A DNA stretch of 64,000 bases from positions 9,639-73,638 of the forward strand of contig DJCU01000001.1 of NCBI GenBank assembly GCA_002430725.1, in the 5' to 3' direction. The notes below the pieces were generated by a model, which saw only the letters and a program-made list of their open reading frames with translations, was not told the DNA's origin and ran no database searches. The translations under genes and the position numbers were made by a program. Positions 56,989 to 64,000 of this stretch are shown piece by piece (position 1 is the stretch's first letter; each line of letters begins with the position of its first letter). This DNA comes from Candidatus Gottesmanbacteria bacterium UBA5942. GTDB taxonomy: Bacteria > Patescibacteriota > Microgenomatia > UBA10105 > UBA927.

Positions 56989-56995
56989 TATTATA
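56989..56995. promoter_or_regulatory. Shared A/T -10 element (TATTATA) in the 24-bp divergent spacer between the hydrolase and DUF457 genes.
   Basis: TATAAT (minus strand) lies 7 nt before the hydrolase ATG. TATTAT (plus strand) lies 12 nt before the DUF457 ATG. Confidence 0.35.
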
Positions 56996-57006
56996 CAAGG
57001 AAAACT

Positions 57007-57501
57007 ATGGATATTTTATACCACGCGCTTACTGGTATAGCGATTTCCAAAAGTATGGGTGGCTCTGACCCTGCACTTGCTGCAGTTGCTGCAATACTCC
57101 CCGATATTGTCGGAGCTACCCCTTTTTACTACTATAAATTTCGACAGGCACTTGCATCCCCTCCCACAGCATTTCCCAGATTACTCTTTACGCTTCTTAC
57201 CTCAAATAAATTTTCGAACGCGATTGATGCAGCAAGTTACCGGATAACACACTCACTATTTGCTGCACTCGGGGTAGCAATACTCGCCTATTTTGTATAT
57301 CCCAACTCGTGGATCATCATATCGCTTTCGTACCTTTCCCATATTTTGATCGATATCCCCACGCATGAAGGTGATTTTGCCACCCGTATATGTTACCCAT
57401 GGGATATGCACACGCGCTTGGGTAAAAACTGGTCAACGAATTGGCAGGTATCTCTCGCATTTTGGCTCTACTTAGGAAGTGTCTATCTTGTTATCGGCTA
57501 A
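57007..57501 (+). CDS. DUF457/YdjM-like membrane-bound metal-dependent hydrolase.
   Basis: Multi-TM protein with HILIDIPTHEG and N-terminal YHALTG motifs characteristic of DUF457. Confidence 0.55.
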   Translation: MDILYHALTGIAISKSMGGSDPALAAVAAILPDIVGATPFYYYKFRQALASPPTAFPRLLFTLLTSNKFSNAIDAASYRITHSLFAALGVAILAYFVYPNSWIIISLSYLSHILIDIPTHEGDFATRICYPWDMHTRLGKNWSTNWQVSLAFWLYLGSVYLVIG

Positions 57502-58130
57502 CTTTTTTTTGCAAATACCGATATCCATGTTTCAGGAGGTCGCTCACTGTTTCTCTCATGCTGATCCCATGTATACATGTCGGTGACAACAAATCCTGCG
57601 TTCACTAACAAACTCCTGAGTTCTGAGACGGAGTAGTACGTAAAAAATCTCTGGTCACCCTGTATGGTGCTACTTATTGCCATTTTCTCTCCCTCTCCTT
57701 CTTTAAGAAGCAGAAACAATATGCCTTCGGGCGTTATCAATCGCTCGAATTTCTGTAACACCGGTAATATTTCTTTCCGCTTGAGGTGAAGAAGTGACGC
57801 ACACGCCCAAATCCCATCAAACGATGTATTGAGCTTGATCGCGCGCAAGTCCATATTATGGAACGTCACGTTCGCTTCCGCGTGTTCGTTGGCGTACGAA
57901 AGAAGTGTATCGGATAAATCGATGCCAGTGACCGTAAACCCCTTGGATGCAAAATAATTTGCGTCTCTTCCCGACCCGCACCCGGCATCCAAAATATTGC
58001 CGCCTGATTTTACGAAAGAGATAAATTTCTCGCGTTCAGGAACAGGCGCGTACCGCTGGGCTTTCGCAATATACTCAGGCGCGGTTTTGTTGTAGGTAGT
58101 TATGGTCGTTTGCAGATACGCATCTTGCAT
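57498..58130 (-). CDS. Class I SAM-dependent methyltransferase.
   Basis: SAM-binding motif I ILDAGCGSGRDANYFASKGFTVTGIDLS. Confidence 0.75.
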   Translation of the reverse strand: MQDAYLQTTITTYNKTAPEYIAKAQRYAPVPEREKFISFVKSGGNILDAGCGSGRDANYFASKGFTVTGIDLSDTLLSYANEHAEANVTFHNMDLRAIKLNTSFDGIWACASLLHLKRKEILPVLQKFERLITPEGILFLLLKEGEGEKMAISSTIQGDQRFFTYYSVSELRSLLVNAGFVVTDMYTWDQHERNSERPPETWISVFAKKS

Positions 58131-58146
58131 ATGTATAAGTATACTC

Positions 58147-58170
58147 AAAGCCCTGGTTTCCCAGGGCTTT
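58147..58170 (-). terminator. Perfect hairpin downstream of groEL, likely the groESL terminator.
   Basis: AAAGCCCTGG-TTTC-CCAGGGCTTT, 10-bp stem. Confidence 0.55.
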
Positions 58171-58206
58171 AAAGTTAATACAATCTATTTCATTGTTAGG
58201 AGTTGG

Positions 58207-59874
<1,668 letters not shown>

Positions 59875-59892
59875 CTAATAAAATTTATAAAT

Positions 59893-60207
59893 TTATTCGA
59901 CTATTGCCAAAATATCTTTTTGTTCAACGATCATCCAGTCCTGCCCTTCAACCTTAATTTCGTTTCCTCCCCATTTTTTGTACATGACTTTCTGACCGAC
60001 TTTCACGACCATCTCTCCTTTGCAGCAGGAGTCTTTTTCATCGCCACACGCACAAACTGCGCCATCGCCAACAGCCATGACCTCGCCCATTTGTGGTTTT
60101 TCTTTTGCGCTATCGGGAAGTACTAACCCTGAGGGTAACTTTTGTTCAGCCTCCAAAGGCTTAATGAGAACATTATCAAACAACGGCGTAATGGTTTTTT
60201 TTGCCAT
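59893..60207 (-). CDS. groES: Co-chaperonin GroES with a Cys-rich insertion in the roof-hairpin region.
   Basis: PLFDNVLIKP...GEVMAVGDGAVCACGDEKDSCCKGEMVVKVGQKV...DILAIVE. The four Cys (CxC...CC) replace the usual roof loop. A strong AAAGGAGG Shine-Dalgarno precedes the ATG. Confidence 0.9.
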   Translation of the reverse strand: MAKKTITPLFDNVLIKPLEAEQKLPSGLVLPDSAKEKPQMGEVMAVGDGAVCACGDEKDSCCKGEMVVKVGQKVMYKKWGGNEIKVEGQDWMIVEQKDILAIVE

Positions 60208-60258
60208 AACTTGCCTCCTTTTTATAAAATGCGACTGCAGAGCTGTTTTGCTAAAAAA

Positions 60259-60285
60259 CTAGCAGTCTTTTGAAGTGACTGCTAT
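60259..60285 (-). promoter_or_regulatory. Degenerate CIRCE-like inverted repeat upstream of groES.
   Basis: CTAGCAGTC-TTTTGAAGT-GACTGCTAT. It is palindromic but differs from the consensus at 4 of 18 positions. A TTGACA-N16-TAAAAT promoter lies just upstream on the minus strand (about 60286-60310). Confidence 0.4.
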
Positions 60286-60286
60286 T

Positions 60287-61192
60287 TTATCGGTGGTAAA
60301 AAATCTTGTCAAGGGGGATATCCGACTGCTGAAGCCGAAGGGCGTACTTTTCTCGCACCCATTTACGCGCATCGTTAGGATGAAACCGTATCATACCATA
60401 TTCTATTACCTCACTTGTCCGTCTCTTTCGCATGTACACCCGTTGTACGAAAGATGCGACAGGCTCTAGTAATGCTATAGCACCTTGTAGCCACGTCAGT
60501 ACATTGATCCTCGATTTTTTGTCGCTTCGCACCATGCCACGAATTTTATCGTGCCACGCGTTTGGAAAAAAATGCTTCACCCACCGATTTGCGGACAAAA
60601 ACCGCTGATACACCCCTTCCCTCTCCCACAGCGGCACCATCTGCAACACCTCGTGCGCGGCAAAAAAATCCCGCTCGTTCCGAGGTAGCGAAAGCGCATC
60701 TTCTGCCATAAACATGTTGAGGCATATTTTATTTTTCACCCGCCTGTCTCCCGGCCTTCTACGCATCCCCAATATCTCAGCGACAAAGGTCACGAGACTT
60801 CGGGTTAACCACAGAGTATTTTTTCGCGAGACAAAAAATAAATCGATATCGTCACCTTCTTTGGCATTTTCCACAGCCAACCCACCCGTCACTCCTACAA
60901 GAAGAAGTGTCGGGATGATCCTGAACAGTCGCGAAGCTGCGTGTATCCGGCGCCATTTGAAAACCGCACTTTTTTGCCGCAATTGTCTGATATGCACCAA
61001 ACTTTTTCGTTTGGGTAAGCACACATACTCAATACCTGCTTTCTTTGATATATCCAAACCAGTAAGTGAGGAAGGTACTCGATCAATACCCCCCACCGCC
61101 CACAACCGTATCTCATCCCGAGTTAACGGAAAATCAAAAACATCTGCGTACGCCACAGCGGCAAAAACTTTTTGAAGGCGCGTGAATTTCAT
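60287..61192 (-). CDS. Pol-beta-superfamily nucleotidyltransferase-fold protein of unknown function.
   Basis: LLVGVTGGLAVENAKEGDDIDLFFV matches the hG[GS]-x(9-13)-DhD minimal NTase motif, with a later acidic residue (FMAEDAL). About 190 aa of helical C-terminus. The 3' end overlaps the groES promoter/CIRCE region. Confidence 0.5.
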   Translation of the reverse strand: MKFTRLQKVFAAVAYADVFDFPLTRDEIRLWAVGGIDRVPSSLTGLDISKKAGIEYVCLPKRKSLVHIRQLRQKSAVFKWRRIHAASRLFRIIPTLLLVGVTGGLAVENAKEGDDIDLFFVSRKNTLWLTRSLVTFVAEILGMRRRPGDRRVKNKICLNMFMAEDALSLPRNERDFFAAHEVLQMVPLWEREGVYQRFLSANRWVKHFFPNAWHDKIRGMVRSDKKSRINVLTWLQGAIALLEPVASFVQRVYMRKRRTSEVIEYGMIRFHPNDARKWVREKYALRLQQSDIPLDKIFYHR

Positions 61193-61204
61193 GCCTATAT
61201 GTAT

Positions 61205-62773
61205 TTATGGGGCAGGACTGATTTCCGGTTCACTTGTTAAGCCGTATGAAGACAACACTTGTCGAAATCCAGCGGCCATCGTGGTTAATACCTGTGTCGG
61301 AGATCCTCCAGTAACCATACCGTTTACTGCGTCAGTAGCATACTGGATAAGCTTATCGTTGAGACCATTATCGTACGTGCGTGATGCCATCGGAAATGAT
61401 CGGGCGTATACCGCCTGCTTCACAAACGCCCCTAAGTAGGGGTCTTCCGCGATACTATTTGCCAACTCTACCCGCGCGTATGGCTCACCAAACAGCCGAC
61501 TTTTCGAGGCTTCAGTGTAAAGCTTTGTCGCACCTTCAGCACTCGTCATATATTTTACGAATTCCCATGCTGCTTCCTGATTGGGACTCCGAGAAGAAAC
61601 TCCCTCTACCCAATATGACGCCCACGCTACCGCGTTCCCCTGTAACTGCGGTGCCGGCACGATGTGAAACCGCAACTGCGGGTTAAGTTGTGCTATCTCA
61701 TGTGCGCGCCACGAAGGCGCGAGTATCATCGCCACTCTGCCATTTGCAAACGCGGAAATTGAGTTGTCCATCCCATCACTCCAGGTATACAGCGGGTCAG
61801 AGGTATCTGAAAATTTTCGATAAAAGATAAGCGTTCCCTCGGCTTCTTTCCCTACAGGATTTGCGATAGACGCGCCATTTTGCAAAAACATAAGCGCCAA
61901 TATGTCGCTGAAGTGTTCTACATTATTGGTAGTTCCCAACGCGATCGTAGACGTCACGATGGCAGTACCGTTTTTGACCGTAAGCTTGGGAATAAGATTG
62001 ATAACATCTGTCCATGTCGAAGGCTCGCTCACTCCCGCTGTTGCAAACAATGCGTCATTTATATACAAGCCCAAACCGTCCATCATGAGCGGCAATCCAA
62101 ATATAGAAGTGCCTGCGACTAAGTCGTTACTCGCTACCGGAAAAAACGCGGTCGTAAATTCAGCTGGTGTCATAACAGTGGGAGGAACTAATGCTAGTTG
62201 ACTACGCAACATCGGAATCCATGTATTGTGAAAACGGAATATATCCGGGCCTTCTCCACGATTAATAGCAGATTGTAATCGCTCACGATACTGTTTGGGT
62301 GATTGTTGGGTGTATTGTATTTTGACTCCTGGATGCGTGGCTTCATATTCTGCGATAAACTGACGAGTTACTTCATCGTTTTCCCACAAACTCCAATAAT
62401 TAAGCGTGACTTCTTTCGTAGATGTCGTTCCTCCTCCGCTCACCCGTCCCCATATAAACCATCCCAATAGCCCAACGAGTAATAAGCCAAATAACAAAAG
62501 GAATATTTTTACGAACGGCTTTCTGGATGAGTCTTCCGGTGACGTGCCATCTGCTGTAGGCACTTGCACGTTGGGTATAAACGGATTTTGAAATGAAGTG
62601 CTCGGATTTGCTTGCGCAGTTCCTGCTGCATCGGGCGGTGGGACAACTATCGTATCCGGCTGCTCAACGGGAGCCTGATAAATTGGCTCAGCCATGCCAA
62701 TACCTCCCGCGGGGGCGGGTGTCTCAGGTGGCACACTTGGTGTTTCAGGCGATGATGGGTCTTGGGAAACCAT
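61205..62773 (-). CDS. Extracellular solute-binding protein (ABC-type, family 1, sugar-like) with a cytoplasmic Pro-rich N-terminus and a TM anchor. No permease or ATPase genes are adjacent.
   Basis: TM IFLLLFGLLLVGLLGWFIWG, then a periplasmic-binding-protein-like sequence (VTLNYWSLWEN...). The alternative start at MAEPIY (62695) would give a longer intergenic region. Confidence 0.6.
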   Translation of the reverse strand: MVSQDPSSPETPSVPPETPAPAGGIGMAEPIYQAPVEQPDTIVVPPPDAAGTAQANPSTSFQNPFIPNVQVPTADGTSPEDSSRKPFVKIFLLLFGLLLVGLLGWFIWGRVSGGGTTSTKEVTLNYWSLWENDEVTRQFIAEYEATHPGVKIQYTQQSPKQYRERLQSAINRGEGPDIFRFHNTWIPMLRSQLALVPPTVMTPAEFTTAFFPVASNDLVAGTSIFGLPLMMDGLGLYINDALFATAGVSEPSTWTDVINLIPKLTVKNGTAIVTSTIALGTTNNVEHFSDILALMFLQNGASIANPVGKEAEGTLIFYRKFSDTSDPLYTWSDGMDNSISAFANGRVAMILAPSWRAHEIAQLNPQLRFHIVPAPQLQGNAVAWASYWVEGVSSRSPNQEAAWEFVKYMTSAEGATKLYTEASKSRLFGEPYARVELANSIAEDPYLGAFVKQAVYARSFPMASRTYDNGLNDKLIQYATDAVNGMVTGGSPTQVLTTMAAGFRQVLSSYGLTSEPEISPAP

Positions 62774-62793
62774 AGTAATGTAGGGTACAATGT

Positions 62794-64000
62794 ATCATAA
62801 CATGAGAGATAATCCCGCGGTAAGTACATCGACTCCCAAGGCATCATTTGCCACCCTCCGCAACATCGGCATAGGCATAGTATTGCTACTCATCTCTGGA
62901 GCTATCGGGCTTTCTGCGTATGACGCGTACTATGAAGGAAAAGTGTACCCCAATGTCACGATAGACGGAGTTTCATTCGGAGGAAAAACGCCCGCAGATG
63001 TCGAGAATTATTGGAGTCGCCAAAACATACCATTTGCAAACGCGGTGTTTGAATTCAAATACGAAAACGAGTCCGCGAGTATTTCAGGGGCAGCGCTTGA
63101 TTTAGGCTATGACGCGACACTATCTGCTGCCCAAGCGTATGCGGTTGGACGATCGGGAAATTTTTTGGGTGACCTTATGACGAAATTCTTCCGAGGGACT
63201 ATCAGCCTTACGCCATACTTCCGATGGAAAACTGACCTTGTGACTGAGGCGGTAACAAATCTTTCCTCCCGCATCGACATTCCGGTGCAGGAGGCGTTGT
63301 TTAAATTTGCAAACGGACGGGTGACGACATTTCGAGCATCCAAAAGCGGTCTACAGGTAAACCGAGAAGAAACATTTGCTCGGTTTGAAGCAGCGGTCAA
63401 AGCGCTCCCCCACGCACCGCTCTATCACATTGTCATTAACCTTCCCGTCTACGTCATGGAACCCGAGGCAACCACCGAAAAAGTAAATTCATTTGGCATA
63501 AAAGAACTAATTGGTCGTGGATATTCTGAATTTCAAGGCTCGATACCAGGAAGAATTCATAACGTTGCACTTGCAGCCTCCCGCATCAATGGCGTGTTGA
63601 TACCTCCGGGGGACACATTTTCCTTTAACGATGCCATTGGTGATATATCAGCTGCCACCGGTTACCAATCTGCATATATTATTAAAGAAGGTCGTACCGT
63701 TTTGGGTGATGGCGGAGGTGTCTGTCAGGTAAGCTCTACTATGTTTCGTGCTGCATTAAACGCTGGCCTTCCCATCGTTGAGCGTCAAGCACATGCCTAC
63801 CGCGTACATTACTACGAAGAAGGTGGATTTAAACCGGGCTTAGATGCGACCGTTTTTTCACCCAGTGTCGATCTTAAAATCAAAAACGATACACCAGCAC
63901 ACATCCTTATCCAGACTACGACAGATACCAAAAATCTTACCCTTACGCTTGAGCTTTACGGCACCCATGACGGAAGAAGTAGCGAAATTTACGATCACAT
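62794..64000 (+). CDS. VanW-family protein, partial (3' end beyond the window).
   Basis: N-terminal TM, then GDGGGVCQVSSTMFRAALNAGLPIVERQAHAY, the VanW domain signature. The ORF runs to the window edge, which is why the six-frame track does not list it. Confidence 0.7.

Overview
This 64-kb window looks like a compact, gene-dense bacterial chromosome segment, about 90% coding and AT-rich. The gene content suggests a Candidate Phyla Radiation/Patescibacteria-like organism: small versions of core proteins (IF2 of 495 aa, MetRS of about 480 aa, PcrA of 614 aa, a DnaJ without zinc finger), many low-complexity tails, FemAB genes, type IV pilus assembly genes and many C-terminally membrane-anchored surface proteins. 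This taxonomic call is inference. Conserved housekeeping blocks, in order: alaS (partial, runs off the left edge), FtsK, RNase J, then the nusA-infB-DHH/NrnA-rpsO-pnp operon. The hrcA-grpE-dnaK-dnaJ heat-shock operon has a near-consensus CIRCE operator. The remaining core genes are murJ, rpsT, tpiA, pcrA/uvrD, metG, tatD and groES-groEL. Accessory-looking blocks: (i) a cupin, an APH-fold kinase-like protein, three EamA/DMT transporters, CutA and a 2-hydroxyacid dehydrogenase; (ii) a cohesin-like surface protein translationally coupled to a clan GH-A glycoside hydrolase; (iii) a pilN-pilO cluster followed by four surface or membrane proteins (FN3/Ig, a Cys-rich ectodomain protein, a PKD-domain protein); (iv) two FemAB paralogs next to a UvrD-helicase/Fe-S PD-(D/E)XK nuclease fusion; (v) a membrane glycan-synthesis cluster (processive GT2, GT-C, WecA/MraY-like GT4, UbiA-like prenyl-phosphate transferase); (vi) a cell-wall remodelling island (NUDIX, PEGA-SH3b, M23 peptidase, two alpha/beta hydrolases, a DUF457 membrane hydrolase, a SAM methyltransferase); (vii) a nucleotidyltransferase-fold gene, an orphan solute-binding protein and a VanW-like gene (partial, runs off the right edge). 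No rRNA, tRNA, CRISPR array or obvious transposase/integrase was found by eye. The regulatory signals seen include sigma70-like promoters, several of them placed for leaderless mRNAs, a terminator-like hairpin in the nusA leader, and structured rpsO and pnp leaders.
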